Source: Selaginella moellendorffii
Taxonomy: Eukaryota; Plantae; Lycopodiophyta
Reading direction: 5' to 3'
Length of the DNA stretch: 64,000 nucleotides
Assembly: GCF_000143415.4 (NCBI RefSeq)
Contig: NW_003314277.1
Location: 1,140,652 to 1,204,651 of the forward strand
The notes beneath the pieces were generated by a model, which was not told where the DNA came from, ran no database searches, and saw only the letters and a program-made list of their open reading frames with translations. Each line of letters begins with the position of its first letter. Position 1 is the stretch's first letter. The position numbers and the translations under genes are program-made. Shown here piece after piece: positions 1-14,159 of the stretch.

Positions 1-640
1 ATATTTTTTCAGGGGTGTAATGTTATAATATGTCATAACAGCATATATCACATCATAATGATTGTCACCATCTTTTTTCACCAAAAGCAAAAAATAGATA
101 GAGCACTTCTTGAAAATCATGGAATTGCAATATTTTTAAACAAGTAAGAGATGTGTTATGCAATAGGATGGTTATTATAGCTCTTAACCCTTGAACTATT
201 ACCTTGAGAAGAAAGATTGCAAGAGTTAAAATTATTAACACTAAAATACATAAATGTTTATGTGTATTTCCCTCTTTTAGAATGAGAGTTCAAATGAATA
301 TTCATATGATTTTAGACACTATGTTATAAAAAACCCTAAGAATGCATTCTAAAGAACTAAATCTCTTTTTTATATATAACAAGTTTACATTAATAGTTGT
401 TTTTTAATCTTTGAAATTGGTATATGGCCTTGCAGAAGAATATTATTTTAAATTTAATAGTTTTTAAAATCTAAAAAACCTAACATTTAAAAGCTGAAAA
501 GCACATAGTATGGATTTTACAAGTGAAAAATATTACTTTTTTTGCAAAAAATCTTATCTTACTTTATGTTATAACAAACCTCTCTATTAAAGCAGAGAAT
601 AAATATTTAAAATCTTAGACAAGAAGTATCCTCCAGAACA
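1..640. repeat. Dispersed AT-rich repeat, homologous to 17075-17810
   Basis: Collinear blocks shared with 17075-17810 (e.g. tgtgtatttccctctttta, ggttatatggc, aaaagcaca.ag); probably a transposon sub-terminal region. Confidence 0.7.
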
Positions 641-779
641 CACACACACACACACACAAAAAACAAACTCACAAGCTGAACTCTTTAATTCATAAATTCA
701 AGAATGGTCAACATTATAAATTGTAAGGCCAATGCTTGCCAATAAGAACCACATTCTTTTTGCAGTTACAAGGTAAAGA

Positions 780-1330
780 AAAATTGAATACTTCTATAGA
801 AATGTATTATTCCAGCATAGAAAAGGTATGTCATAGTAGTGATATTAGGTTTTCTTCTTTCCACTCATCCTTGCAATAAGTTTGCATTCAATGTTCTTTA
901 TTTCTTAGTACTTCTCCAGTTTGTGTATATCTAAAACTAACAATTTCTTCTTACTGGACTTAGATATGTGAATTTATAATTGTAGCCACATTGCTGAATC
1001 TTGTATCTTTAATATATAATAGTGTTTCTGTGGATTTTTGGAGCCTAGGCTGTGTTGCACTTGAAATATTTAAAACATTGCACCCATAAAGCAAAACTTA
1101 AGCATGGTTTTTATGCTTTCTTTGCAATTTTATTTTAATTTCTTTGTTTAGTTCATCACAGCTTTCACACTTTTTTGAACGAGAATTAATCAAGGTCCAA
1201 TCTTGTACCCCTTAAATACCTGAGAATAGTTTCTTAGTACAATCATTTTTTGCATCTATGCTTTGAAAGAGGAGCAACAAATAGAATCACAATAGTGTAG
1301 CTACTATCTATTCATGTGTGGTTATCTCCA
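780..1330 (+). pseudogene. Decayed Ser/Thr kinase (MAP3K-like) C-lobe fragment
   Basis: VDFWSLGCVALEIF (subdomain IX, ~1030-1072) and FLHLCFERGATNRIT..LLS.HVW (subdomain XI, ~1245-1322), with stops and frameshifts. Confidence 0.6.
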
Positions 1331-2714
1331 AGTTTGGTAAGTTAGATTGCTTTCTTCTAATTCACCTAATAAATTTGAGTTTATTCCACAATATATAATA
1401 CCTCACTTGTTAATCTTGGGCTTTAGAGAAACTTTAATCTTGGTGTCTTGCTTGGAGTTATAACATCCATCCTTTTGTGAATGGGAAGAATATTGTTGTC
1501 TAGAGCAAGCTGCCCAAAAGTACAATTCTTTCTCCATTGCTTTGTTGTGCTCTAGGTTCACTCTATGAAACCTTGGAAGGGTCTATGGGTGACATGTTTG
1601 AGAAAAGCAGGACTAAAATTGGAATAAATACCTTGTACAAGTTATTGTCACCACTTTCTTCCACCATGGCTTTTCCACTATATGATCAAATTACCAGAGA
1701 AGCTAGTAAATAAGTCATTTGAGCTTTGCTTATCATCTTCTAGTTTGACAATCTTCAAACCATGAAGTTTAGAATGCATTGAATTTGCTATGAGCTACAA
1801 TGGGGATCTAAAAGAGGATAGGATGGAGTTGGCAATCACTAATTTCCACCAGGTTATAGAAATGGCATTAGAGGACTTTGGTGGTGAAAAGTATGCGAAA
1901 ACAATGAAGGAATGCATGGCAATGGTCATCCATTAAAGGCTCTTTTTGGAATCCAAGTTAGTTGATGATGCCTTGAGTATGATTTCAGCACTCTATCATG
2001 ATGGAAGCTCTCTAACAACCATACAAGAATGGAGTGCCCATAAAAGCTTTAACAAGCATTAGCACTGACTCACTCTATATGTTTTTACCTTAGAATGTGT
2101 AGTTTGAATAGAGGATCTTATCAAGGATTTCTAATTTGAAGGTGTTACAAAGCATCCAAAAATATGGTTTTTGGAGATTGTCCAAGGTAAGTACTTATCT
2201 TTCAATCAATATTATCTAAAATATTATGGAGTGGTTGTCAAAACTCTACCATTTTGTAGTTGATTCACCTGACTTCAAGCCAGGGGAGGAAATCTATGTA
2301 TGTAATAAGTTCTGGGGAACTCATCACATTAGGTTCCATGATATATAACATTTCTACAAGCCATTTACATCCCATCAACGTATCCTAACAAGGATTGGAT
2401 GTAGGTTAAACTTTTANNNNNNNNNNNNNNNNNNNNNNNNNNNNNNNNNNNNNNNNNNNNNNNNNNNNNNNNNNNNNNNNNNNNNNNNNNNNNNNNNNNN
2501 NNNNNNNNNNNNNNNNNNNNNNNNNNNNNNNNNNNNNNNNNNNNNNNNNNNNNNNNNNNNNNNNNNNNNNNNNNNNNNNNNNNNNNNNNNNNNNNNNNNN
2601 NNNNNNNNNNNNNNNNNNNNNNNNNNNNNNNNNNNNNNNNNNNNNNNNNNNNNNNNNNNNNNNNNNNNNNNNNNNNNNNNNNNNNNNNNNNNNNNNNNNN
2701 NNNNNNNNNNNNNN

Positions 2715-3414
2715 ATTTTAATTCTCCCACCTACTTTCCAAAAATTTGTTTCTAACAAAAGTGCTTTTAAATCTTCCTCCGGTATGAAGTAACCATTGTA
2801 CTCCTCATTAACTGGAATACTTTTTAATGCACTATTAGTCAAAGCAGTGGAGGAGGGCAAGTATTTGAAGTGGTGTTTAGCATTATAAAAGTTGATCCTT
2901 CTCAAAATTATAACTGTGCTTCATGTTCTGAGTAGAAGCCAGCAGCTCCAGATGGCAAACCTTGAATCTATAAAAATTAAACTTATGCTTGAAAATTGTT
3001 CCTTGTTAGGGGTAAGACATTCTTTCAATAGCAAAAATTTTCAATTCTCTTTTCACTCAAAACAATATAAAGAGGATACTTTTGCCCCTAAGATCTTCCC
3101 CACTATGAAATAACCATTATACTCCTGATTAGTTAGAATACTCTTCAATACATTGCTAAGGAGGAGGGCAACCAAAGAGAGATATTTGGAATGGTGTTTT
3201 ATTGTTGTAGTATTATAGGAGTTAATCCTTCTCAAAGTAATAATTATGCTTTATAGTCAAAGTAGAAACCTTTTTATTTGCCAATTCCAAATGGGAAACC
3301 TTAAATCTACAACAACTATAGTGTGAAAATGATTATTTACTTAAGGTACAACATTATTCCAATAACAAAAAATTGTAATCCTCCTTCCTCTCCACACAAT
3401 ATAAAGTGGATACC
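2715..3414 (-). repeat. Diverged ~330 bp tandem repeat with coding-like content
   Basis: Minus-strand ORFs 2414-2905 and 3053-3235 give parallel peptides (RRINxYN..KHHxKYL..LKSI..NxEYNGYFI); cut off by an LTR insertion at 3415 and a gap at 2714. Confidence 0.6.
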
Positions 3415-6400
3415 TGTCGCGAATGTGATTTCGAGTATCGAAAGTTACTTGTTAACTGTCTTTTCGGATATTCTTTCCTTACTGTCATGATGGCAGAAAG
3501 TCGGTATTGCTAGTTCCCTTTATCAGCCTCTCTTGTTCAAGTGTTAGTAAATTGGGTTTAGCACTTGTACTTAGCTAGATGGACATAAGGTAGGAATTCC
3601 TATGTGTTTTTAGCTTAGCATACTCGGTCTGGCTCTTAGTCATCTTTTGCTCTGTCTTGCATTGGCTTAACAGGAACCCTCATGTATTGAAAATAGTTCT
3701 TTAATNNNNNNNNNNNNNNNNNNNNNNNNNNNNNNNNNNNNNNNNNNNNNNNNNNNNNNNNNNNNNNNNNNNNNNNNNNNNNNNNNNNNNNNNNNNNNNN
3801 NNNNNNNNNNNNNNNNNNNNNNNNNNNNNNNNNNNNNNNNNNNNNNNNNNNNNNNNNNNNNNNNNNNNNNNNNNNNNNNNNNNNNNNNNNNNNNNNNNNN
3901 NNNNNNNNNNNNNNNNNNNNNNNNNNNNNNNNNNNNNNNNNNNNNNNNNNNNNNNNNNNNNNNNNNNNNNNNNNNNNNNNNNNNNNNNNNNNNNNNNNNN
4001 NNNNNNNNNNNNNNNNNNNNNNNNNNNNNNNNNNNNNNNNNNNNNNNNNNNNNNNNNNNNNNNNNNNNNNNNNNNNNNNNNNNNNNNNNNNNNNNNNNNN
4101 NNNNNNNNNNNNNNNNNNNNNNNNNNNNNNNNNNNNNNNNNNNNNNNNNNNNNNNNNNNNNNNNNNNNNNNNNNNNNNNNNNNNNNNNNNNNNNNNNNNN
4201 NNNNNNNNNNNNNNNNNNNNNNNNNNNNNNNNNNNNNNNNNNNNNNNNNNNNNNNNNNNNNNNNNNNNNNNNNNNNNNNNNNNNNNNNNNNNNNNNNNNN
4301 NNNNNNNNNNNNNNNNNNNNNNNNNNNNNNNNNNNNNNNNNNNNNNNNNNNNNNNNNNNNNNNNNNNNNNNNNNNNNNNNNNNNNNNNNNNNNNNNNNNN
4401 NNNNNNNNNNNNNNNNNNNNNNNNNNNNNNNNNNNNNNNNNNNNNNNNNNNNNNNNNNNNNNNNNNNNNNNNNNNNNNNNNNNNNNNNNNNNNNNNNNNN
4501 NNNNNNNNNNNNNNNNNNNNNNNNNNNNNNNNNNNNNNNNNNNNNNNNNNNNNNNNNNNNNNNNNNNNNNNNNNNNNNNNNNNNNGGGCATGGTTGACAA
4601 CCTAAGGCATAATATAATTCCCACTTGCATGCCTATATTTGTTCTACGTCCGGCTTAGGTATAAGCCCAAGTTCCATTCTATGCTAATTGGTGGAGTACC
4701 TATATTCTTGCATTAGCCCACCGATATGCTGAAATAATGCTAAATTGCATTTAGCTCCATTTTGCGTGCTAGTCCTGGCATTGGGATGCTAGTTGTTTTA
4801 GGACTGCTTCAAGTTGCTCTGTGCTCTTGTCTTTTCACTTCTTGGGTTGTATGCTCGGGAGTCATTTCGTCTCTAGTGCCATTGCTCTTTGGCTCCATGC
4901 TTGGGAGTTTGGCACCGTTCCTTTGTTCAGTGGCCCAAGGCTCTGAAACTTGAGTTCCATTTTGCTGTCCTTTGGACGCATGGCATGTGGCATATGGCAT
5001 ATGACATATGGCACATAGAGGGTTTAAGCTCCACTTCGTGGTTATCTTATGGTAAATCATCATAAGATAAAGGGTAAAAACCACATGTGCTATATTTGGT
5101 ATCAGAGGATGAGTCTTGGTGAGTATTATCCAATGAGATTAGGCAACTAATTTTGTTGCATATGCAAAGATGAAAACGATGATTCGAGTGGGTACATGTT
5201 GGGTGCTAAAACTTTGTATTGGTTCTTTAGATATGGATTTGGTTACTTTTTTGTACTGTAATAATGTGAGTTTGCTCTTGGGCTCATAAGATGGACTGAG
5301 AAGCTTTGTTTACACGAGTTTGCGCTTGAGCTTGTGAGTGAGGCACATTAGCAACTCAAAGTTATGCTTTGAGTTGGCAGGATTAATGTTAGCCTATTGG
5401 TGGTTCCATGAGTTATTCCATGTACTGTGGGTGAAAGGAAACCTCTCCTGGGTTTGCTATGAGTGGCAAATAGGTTGGTCTGTAGTTGTTTAGCACAACA
5501 CTAGTGGATCCTTCCTAGGCATGATTACAAGTGAATCAACCAAGATTGTAGGGATTAGTCTATTGGTTTAAGTAATCATTGCCGTGCTCTCTCATAAACT
5601 CTTCTTAGATTGGACTGAAGGTAGTGTGAATACAAATTTAAGGTTTGGTTAAAGATGAAGCCAAAAAGAGAGTTATTAGGGATGAGGGATCAAACACGTA
5701 AATCATCTTCCCTTATTAGAGAGATGATTTACAATGAGGTGTTAACTCATTGCTTCTACCTTGATGCATGTTGGAAATGATGGCCTTGCAAGTGGTGAGT
5801 TGTGGAATGGATAGTGATGAAGCACTAAACCATTTTGTCTAAGGTTTGTTATTGGAAAGCTTGGCTTACAATGCACTTTTTTTTTTTGGGGAACCTTGCT
5901 ATTGCTTCTTAAGTAACTTGGTATTGGATTAATTTTGAGTTTGGTTAGAAAGTGAGTGGCATGAGTTTGCCTATATTGTGAACAAAGTTAGTGGTCTTCG
6001 ATGTTGTAAATCTCTATTGGTGGGGTGTAGCATTTATGTTGCATTTTATCGAATCGAGTTAACACTTGATACTCACATAAACCTTTTTAGTAATGACATG
6101 AGCATTGCTTGTGGTGTTGCTCAATTGATGATCAAGTCATTGTGATTTTAATATTACATTCATGTGATAGGAAGCGATGTGTTTACGAAGTTGTTTGGTT
6201 AAATGATGATCAACCCCAAAGTGGTTGATAGTGAAGTTAGTCTACTTGGACAAAGTAGCATTGTAGTAGCTTTAACTAGATTCTCGATGGTGATCTATTA
6301 TGTTAAACTTAAGTTGGTATCTTGTTTCCTTGAGAGTTTGCTCATTGAGGTGTTGGAAAGGGTTATAGCATTCATTTGCTATAGCTTGTTTATTTATCCG

Positions 6401-9400
6401 TTAGCACTTGGAGTAAATTGTTGGATGGAAAAGATGTGTAGTTGAAGCATTGACATTGCTAGCACTTGTATTAATGGAAGTGAAATTGTTATTTCGAGTG
6501 ATGAAGAATTTTCCTTAGAGCTTGATTTTCCATGATATTTTTTTTGTTAGTGTTTTGGCTTCACATTGGATTTTGAAGGCAATTGAAGAAGAGTGTTAGT
6601 GTATCGAAAGATATAGTCTTCGTGATCAAGCCCTAGATGTTCATTTTGCATTTTGCAGATGTCGGTGTTGGATGTCAGAAATATGGGTAAGATGTTCAAT
6701 GTTTAAGTATACTATGGGCCATAAGAATTTATGTTGAGGTGAACCTATATGAAGTTGTAGGTAAGAGGAAGTTGATTGAGTCTTAAAAATTTGCATTCCT
6801 GGATTGAGAGTCATTTTTTTTTTAGGATGGAAAACTTTCCATAGATTTTCTTACACTTTTCCAATGGTTGATCTATTGATCACTTTGCTTGAAAACCATT
6901 CCGTTTCATAAGCCATACNNNNNNNNNNNNNNNNNNNNNNNNNNNNNNNNNNNNNNNNNNNNNNNNNNNNNNNNNNNNNNNNNNNNNNNNNNNNNNNNNN
7001 NNNNNNNNNNNNNNNNNNNNNNNNNNNNNNNNNNNNNNNNNNNNNNNNNNNNNNNNNNNNNNNNNNNNNNNNNNNNNNNNNNNNNNNNNNNNNNNNNNNN
7101 NNNNNNNNNNNNNNNNNNNNNNNNNNNNNNNNNNNNNNNNNNNNNNNNNNNNNNNNNNNNNNNNNNNNNNNNNNNNNNNNNNNNNNNNNNNNNNNNNNNN
7201 NNNNNNNNNNNNNNNNNNNNNNNNNNNNNNNNNNNNNNNNNNNNNNNNNNNNNNNNNNNNNNNNNNNNNNNNNNNNNNNNNNNNNNNNNNNNNNNNNNNN
7301 NNNNNNNNNNNNNNNNNNNNNNNNNNNNNNNNNATGGAGTCTTGGATGTGGTGAATACTTCTTGATGATGTATTATCTATAGCTGAGTGTGGTTGGAGGA
7401 TTGGTCTCAAATACTGACTAAGGTATTTTCAACTATGGTTAGCTTAGTTGCTGAAGAGTTTTGAGTGGTGATTCGATCTTGCTTTTTTTTAGCTTTGTTC
7501 TAGTGTGGATAGCATTGAAGTGATGCCTTGTTGTTGACATTATTGATATTGAGATTTAAGTAAAATGAGATGTCTCTCCATATGATTAATATCAAGTTTT
7601 ATTAGTCTCAATGAAGATAGTGTTGATGGTTTAATGGTAGCTTTATGTTATTGGCATTTGTACAATTGCTAGTTAGCAACTATATTGACGTTCAAATGAA
7701 TTAAGTGGCAAGTTTAAGTTAGTTATGTTCTAAATGAGATTATTTAATAGGGGTTAATCTTTAAGCTTTTCCTTGAAAAATGACTTAGTCGTGGACTATG
7801 CTAGCTTTATGAGAACAAGAGTTAGTGATTGATATTGGAATGTTTGAATCTTTATCGGATTTGAGTTGAAATATATTAATCATTGATGATTCTTCTTGTG
7901 CTTGTTATGAAGTGAGTTACGTCTTGCTAAAGATGGATTCATGGAGGATTAGTTTAGTGGTCACATGTTGAGCATAGCTTTGTTATGTTTAGCTTTTGGA
8001 TTATACAAATGTGCTCTTCATTAACTTTGTATTATGAAGTTTAGCTTATGGATGTGTGAGGAGGATATTGCGGGATGTACCACAATTTCTTCTTTAGCAT
8101 TGAAATTAATTCATGTGAGACTCATGATCATTGTTAGGCAATATTTACCTATAAGCTTCTTCGAGCTTTTGGTTTTTTTGAGTTTTTATGCTTATTATTT
8201 CATTTGCTAGGAGGTGTTGGGGAAGGCATTTTTGGCTTATTAACTTCGATGTTGTTAGTATTTACATTTAGCAATCATTGATGACGAATGACTATCATTT
8301 TGAGGTAGTTGATTGTTTTCATTAAGAGATTTGTTTGATTATTGTTGATATAGAATGAGTTGCCATTCTTCAGGATAGTCAATTCTTTCTTTAATAGTTA
8401 GTTGTTCTCTTTGATGACTTATGGTTTTTCACATTACCACATGTTCTTTATAGTTTGCTTTGGATTGGTCTCTTGGGTTTAAGACATCAATAAGATGTTG
8501 TTGACACTTGTTTAAACAACTTGAGTTCCTTTGTATTATTAACCAGGATCTATTTAAATTGGCTAGTGCAATAGTTAGCATAAATGAGTGTTTGTTGGTC
8601 TTATTGCATTTATTTTGTTCAGTTGATTGTTGTTTGAGTTAGTTTTGATAGATTTGGATGTTATTTTCTTTGGGTGATACATTCGCAAGTATCTTACTTG
8701 CTAGTTAATAATACATTGTGTTCTTTGAGCTATTTTTTGTAAATTATTTGGCATGCTATTTACAATCTTTGGTAGTTAAGTTTTATTATTAAGTTTTTTC
8801 TATGATACATTAACTATTGAATTTTATTGGATAGTGAATCCTATGTTTTCCACTTATGATTATCTTGGTGATTCCTATACTCAAATATTGGTTTATTGGA
8901 TGATAACTTACTTGGAATACTTTTGTGTTCTATACTAAGCTTTATTCACTGATAATTAAGTCTCTAAGATATAATTGTCTATGACTTTGATATTGTCCAT
9001 CTATTGATTTTTGAGTTTAGGCCAGTATAGGCAGACTGGCTTTGGCACTTTGTGTGCATGGTGAAATTTTTAGTCATGGGGTAGCTACTATCGACTGGTC
9101 ACATCACGCACCTCTTTGTCGATATTCTTTATTATGTAAAAAGGGCATGACCATATAAACAACTTTAATTGCCTATTTGCAGTAATCTATCTAAACCTTA
9201 CTAACAAGTTTGGTTAAGAGGGTTGGGGCCTCTGGCTTCTCTCTTTATGTCTCTGCAGGCAGAGGCATATCACACTTTTGTAAGGTGGGTGACAACTAAA
9301 GTAGCAAGGGTGGCTAACTCTGTTAGTCATTTCCTTGTTAGCAACGGCCGGAAGGTGTCTGAGTTGATAGTACATCCATGTTAGATAAAGAGGTTACCCT

Positions 9401-9965
9401 AACTCATTTAAGTTGGTGCATTTCTCGCATAGTGTGATCATTGTGAACATTTTTTAGAGTTGTTTCCTTGGTGGTGCTCTAGACTTGAGTATGCTTCGAT
9501 GAGGACATCGATCTTCCTTAAAGGGGGGAAAGTGTCGCAAATGTGACTTTGGGTATCAAAAGCTACATGTCGGTTGTCCTTTCGGATATTCTTTCCTTAC
9601 TATCATGACAGTTATTGCTAATTTCCTTTATCAACCCCTTTTGTTCAAGTGTTAGTAAACTGGGCTTAACACTTGTACTTAACTAGATGGACATAAGGTA
9701 GGAACTTTTATATATTTCTAGTTGAGCATACTCGGCTTGGCTCTTAGTTCTCTTTTGCTTTATCTTGCACTGGCTTGATAAAAACCTTCACGTATTGAGA
9801 CTAATCCCTCAATATTGCTGTATGATAGCTTACTGTGTCTGCCAAATACCCTTGTTATCATACCCTTTGTGTTAGTCTTATTTCAGTCCCAAATATTATT
9901 TATGGAAAGTGTCTAGATTCGCTCATTTGGCATATCTACATAATGTAGAGATTGTCTTGAATACA
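3415..9965 (+). mobile_element. Decayed non-autonomous long-LTR retroelement (Gypsy-derived, LARD-like), copy 1
   Basis: 5' LTR TGTCGC at 3415 to ~5094; tRNA-iMet PBS TGGTATCAGAG 5097-5107; PPT AAAGGGGGGAAAG 9520-9532; 3' LTR starts TGTCGC at 9533 (truncated); internal region has no ORF, only faint RT/RNase H traces (VVLFDDLWFF, YDFDIVH). Confidence 0.8.
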
Positions 9966-10019
9966 ATGGTATTTGTCTCGTGTCCAAATTTGCAATCTAG
10001 GGACATTCCATATTTAGTA

Positions 10020-11185
10020 AGTTTTGAGCATTAAAACTTATGTTAGTGGAAGTGACATTATTGTTTTGAGTGATAAAGAATTTTCTTTGGATCTTGATTT
10101 TTCTCTCGAATGTGATTTCAGGTATCAAATGTTATTTTTTAGCTAGTCCTTTCGGATATTCTTTCTATAGTGCCATGATGGCAGGAGGCTGATATTGCTA
10201 GACCTCTTATTAATCCCTTTTGTGTTAGTGGAGTTAACTAGGCATTTCGAGTGTACTTAGACCAAACGAGTATAAGGACAGAATTCATATGTGCTATTAA
10301 CTAAGCATGCTTAGCCTAATAAAGAGTTCCCGTCTCATTGTATTTTACACTAGATAGTGATAAAAATCCTCGCGTATTGAGATTAGTCCCTCAATATCGC
10401 TGGATGATAACTTACTGTATTTGCCAAGGACCCTCACTCTATCATACCCTATGTGTTGGTCCTATTCAGTCCCAATTGTTATTTTATAGAAAATGTCTAG
10501 AATTGCTAATTTAGCATATCTATAGAATGTAGAGATTGTCCTGAACTCTCTTAAGACCAAAAAGGGAGTTATCAGGGATGAAAGATCAAACACGTAAATT
10601 ATTTTCTTCTCTTGGAGAGATGATTTATAACAAGGTATTAATTCATTGCTCGTGTTCATATTATGTAATTGAGAATCCCTATCTTGATATATGTTGATTA
10701 TGGTGGTTTTACAAATGGTGAGTCATAGGATGGATAGTGGTGAAACGTTAAACTATTTTATCTAAGCTTGTTATTGAAGACTTGGGTTACAATGTTCAAT
10801 TCTTTTCTAAGGAACTTAACTATTGATCCTTGAGTAACTCTGTGTTGGATTAGTTTTAAGTTTGGTCAGAAAGAGAGTGGCATAAGCTTGTCCGTGTTGT
10901 GAAACAAAAGTTAATGATATTAAATATTCTAAATCTCTATCAATGGGGTGTGGCATTTATGATGCATTTTGTGGGGTGTAGCACTTGATACTCACATAAA
11001 CCTTTGAAGTAATTATGACAGCATTGCTCATGGTGTTGCTCAATTGGTGATTAAGTTATTGTGATACTTATATCATATCTATATAATAGTGAGCAATGTG
11101 TTTATGAAGTTACTTAGTTAAATAATGATAATCCCTAAAGTGATTGATAGTGAAGCTAATTTAAAAGTGATTGATAGTGAAGCTA
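10020..11185 (+). mobile_element. Rearranged fragment of the same LTR family (LTR start ~10105 plus internal piece)
   Basis: 10105-10545 matches the LTR start; 10555-11185 matches the internal region ~5660-6240. Confidence 0.7.
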
Positions 11186-11387
11186 TTCTAAAATGTGTTA
11201 TTATATCAGATACAATTGTTTACAAGATGTTGAAGGAGGAGATGGCAACACATAAATACTACAAAGTGATGGTGACAGGTGAGAATGAAAATTTGTAATT
11301 ATGATATCTGACACTTATACTGACATTTAACACTTTCACTGATATCTGACATATAACAAGCTTTTCATTTTATGTAAGGATATAATT

Positions 11388-14150
11388 AACTTTCTTCTAC
11401 CACATCACCGACATATTTTGCTTCCTCCTATATTTCTATTGTGATGCTTTATTTCGTTAAAGTGGAACTTTTCATTATCCCACTTATGGTGTGTGGCCAC
11501 ATGCCATTTTTATAACAACAATAAAAAATTGAAGTTTTAGCTTTATAATTTATAAATTAAAAACTTTTCATATGATTTTGTGTTATAATATTGTGAAATA
11601 TAAAAAATAAATTAAAAAACTGATAGAAATATTAATAAATATTAATTAAGTACTAAGAAATGGCATGTGGACACATGCTAATTAATGTCCCACTTTACTG
11701 AATAAGTTCCACTTTAACGAAATAAAGCATTGTGGGGAAGATTCATCTTGCATATGTTGAGCCATAGCTTCTACATAGTCAGGGAAACTTCCAAAGCCTC
11801 AAATTCTAAAACTCTAGGTGACTGTGATCTATAAAATAGAATTAAACATATATTGAAATTTTAATAAACATAATTTACCTCCTTGAGGTTGGAGGCAACT
11901 CACGAAATCCTTTAAGTTGACGTTTGAAGAAATGATGTTCTTTAATAGCAAACACCGACTTACCAGAGTCATATGCTGCCTCCACCATAGAACTGCTACA
12001 TGTTATGCAATCAATCACAACACCATCCGGTGGGCAATAAAGCTTAAACAAGACTTGCATCGTTGATAGAGTTTGAAATTAGTACCTTGGAAATGTCTTG
12101 TGGATCTGCTCATCCACAAGGTTGGGTATGATAGTGGAACTATCGTACCCAGGCAAAACATATGTTACACGTTCACTATCACAAAATCTATCATGTGTGT
12201 TTTTGCAAAAGGCATGATAGGTCTACATCATAACTTGGAAAATAAAAAAGTTTAGAAATTAGATAAAAATATAAAATACATACTCACATTTTCAGGCTTC
12301 CCTTGGATGCCCCTTGTATTGATGCCAATAGGATCCATGATGCACCCGGAAGAAAATGACTTGAAATGAACTTCTACTACACATGTTATAAGCTCATACA
12401 TCCAATTGGGGTCATTCAGTAGGATGAAGATGACATGGCCAACTTCGAGCATAAGTGCTTCGAACAAGAGGAATGCATTGTGCATATGATAAGGTGTGAG
12501 AAAGTTCCAATCCTCAACTTTCCCATTGATATCTGAAAGACTATCTGGAAAGTAGAAGAGAATGAAGTCCTCAACTGGGAGGAAGGGCCTTTGTATCTTT
12601 CATCACCAATGATTGAACTGGCATCATATATCCATATTGATGTCATCTTTTGTGAAAGATGTCAACAATCTACTATAGGAGCCAATGAAGACACCCATAA
12701 TACCTTGGTGTGTTATTAGGGAAATATGACAAACCTATAGAATAGTTAAGTGAATGAAAAAAGCAATGAATAATATGCTATTGTTATATGGCATGTTGTC
12801 AATGAGAGTTCCTCTAACTCCTCTTCACGAGCATTTTGTCGAGCTAGAATGAAATTACTACTAATAGTCATTGTTGCAAAAAACATGTATTACCACCTTT
12901 AGTTTGTAAAATTCACTTTTGCTTACCTTGAGGTCGACATGATATTCTATGAACCACTTGATCATTGTTATTTACTGGTGGAACCTGATCTGGATCTTGG
13001 TTGTTTGATGGTTGAACTGGAGCCTGATCCTAATTGTCTATTGGTGGAATGTGAAATTGATCTGCTTCCTCATCCTGGTCTCCATCATCACTTGTGTTGC
13101 CATGGTTACTAGCATTGACAACTTCTTCGTGATCTAGTGTAGAGGTCTCCTTCCCTAGGAGCTCCAACTCCCAAGGGCATTCTATCTTCCGTGCATTTGA
13201 AACTCTTGCAAACATTTTTGGGTACATTCCTCTATCCCTTACACCCTTTGCAATAAGTTGAGTGCAAACTGGTGCCTCAAATAGCACGCCTCTATATCAA
13301 AGATATCTATAAATAATATATATTTAAAAATAGTCTTAGAAATCATATTATACTTGTAAGCTGCATGTCACATGAAATAAGGTTAACCATATTGGCAATC
13401 ATAAGTTGTTGTGCTTATAGACTTCTCTGGGAGCCACCCTTCTTCAATCCCTTCCAATGATGTATTGATGTAGGTGTTGAAAAGCATGAATATGCCATCT
13501 GGATCATCACCAATGTGCAGTGCCAAAAACTTTTCACCTTCACTTATAGTTTGCGTGATGTAGACAGCCTTTCTTATTATGTTCTCAAATAGTTTTGGTA
13601 GTCTTTTTTCTCTGTTTATCAAGCAAACATTGAGGAACTCTAGAGTCTTTATCTGTTGCTTATATGTAAGCTTCAATTTTGCGATATTGTAAATTATGTC
13701 ATCTGGATTTTTATTCACTACAAAAGTAACATATGTATAATTGAGAAAAATAAAGTGTGATAAGAAACTTACATTTATAAGAAGAAAGTTTAGCTATATT
13801 CTCTAGCCACTCTTTCAGCCTACAATTGTCTACAATGCATACTAGTTTCTTCAATTTTGAAGACTTTGCATATTGAATTTTGTGCTTAATTTGTACGAAC
13901 TCAGCCGAAAGCTCTTTCAGACTCTTCTCCAGATATGCAAGTTTGTAAGCATCTTGCTTGACCTTCACCAAAGGCTAAAAACAAAAACAATAAAAAGAGG
14001 CCCTTATAAAATGAAAGGGAAAGACATACCTTGCACCACACAACGAGCATAAAATTGATTGGGTTGTTAAACCAAGTTGTACTATCATTTTGAGTACATG
14101 AGTGCCAAACAAGTGTTCCGACATTATCACCATGATGTTGGTGGATGTCA
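11388..14150 (-). pseudogene. Decayed multi-exon gene with a C-terminal N4C/N6A DNA amino-methyltransferase-like domain
   Basis: Exon ~12290-12735: VEDFILFYFPD...VEDWN...FEALMLEVGHVIFIL (resembles the motif IV DPPY region and LKPGG strand); next exon LFKLYCPPDGVVIDCITCSSSMVEAAYDSGKSVFAIKE (resembles LIKLYSxPGDxVLDPFxGSGxTxxAAxxxGRxxIGIE); GT-AG junctions; in-frame stops. Confidence 0.55.
11444..11730. mobile_element. MITE with 27 bp perfect TIRs and 4 bp TGTG TSD
   Basis: ATGCTTTATTTCGTTAAAGTGGAACTT (11444-11470) is the reverse complement of 11704-11730; inner IR ccacatgccattt/aaatggcatgtgg; TGTG on both flanks. Confidence 0.85.
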
Positions 14151-14159
14151 TCCTCACTC

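Noticed and set aside
1400-2400. Coding-like decayed sequence after the kinase fragment
   Set aside because: Multiple stops and no recognisable motif; cannot be assigned
2365-7410. Long ORFs spanning poly-X (2365-2730, 3701-4630, 6880-7410; also 16290-16689 and 20259-20603)
   Set aside because: Artefacts of assembly gaps (N runs 2417-2714, 3706-4585, 6919-7333, 16439-16538, 20328-20455)
11196-11358. Short TGTTA...TAACA segment with imperfect terminal inverted repeats
   Set aside because: No TSD and no second copy in the window; too weak to call a solo LTR or MITE
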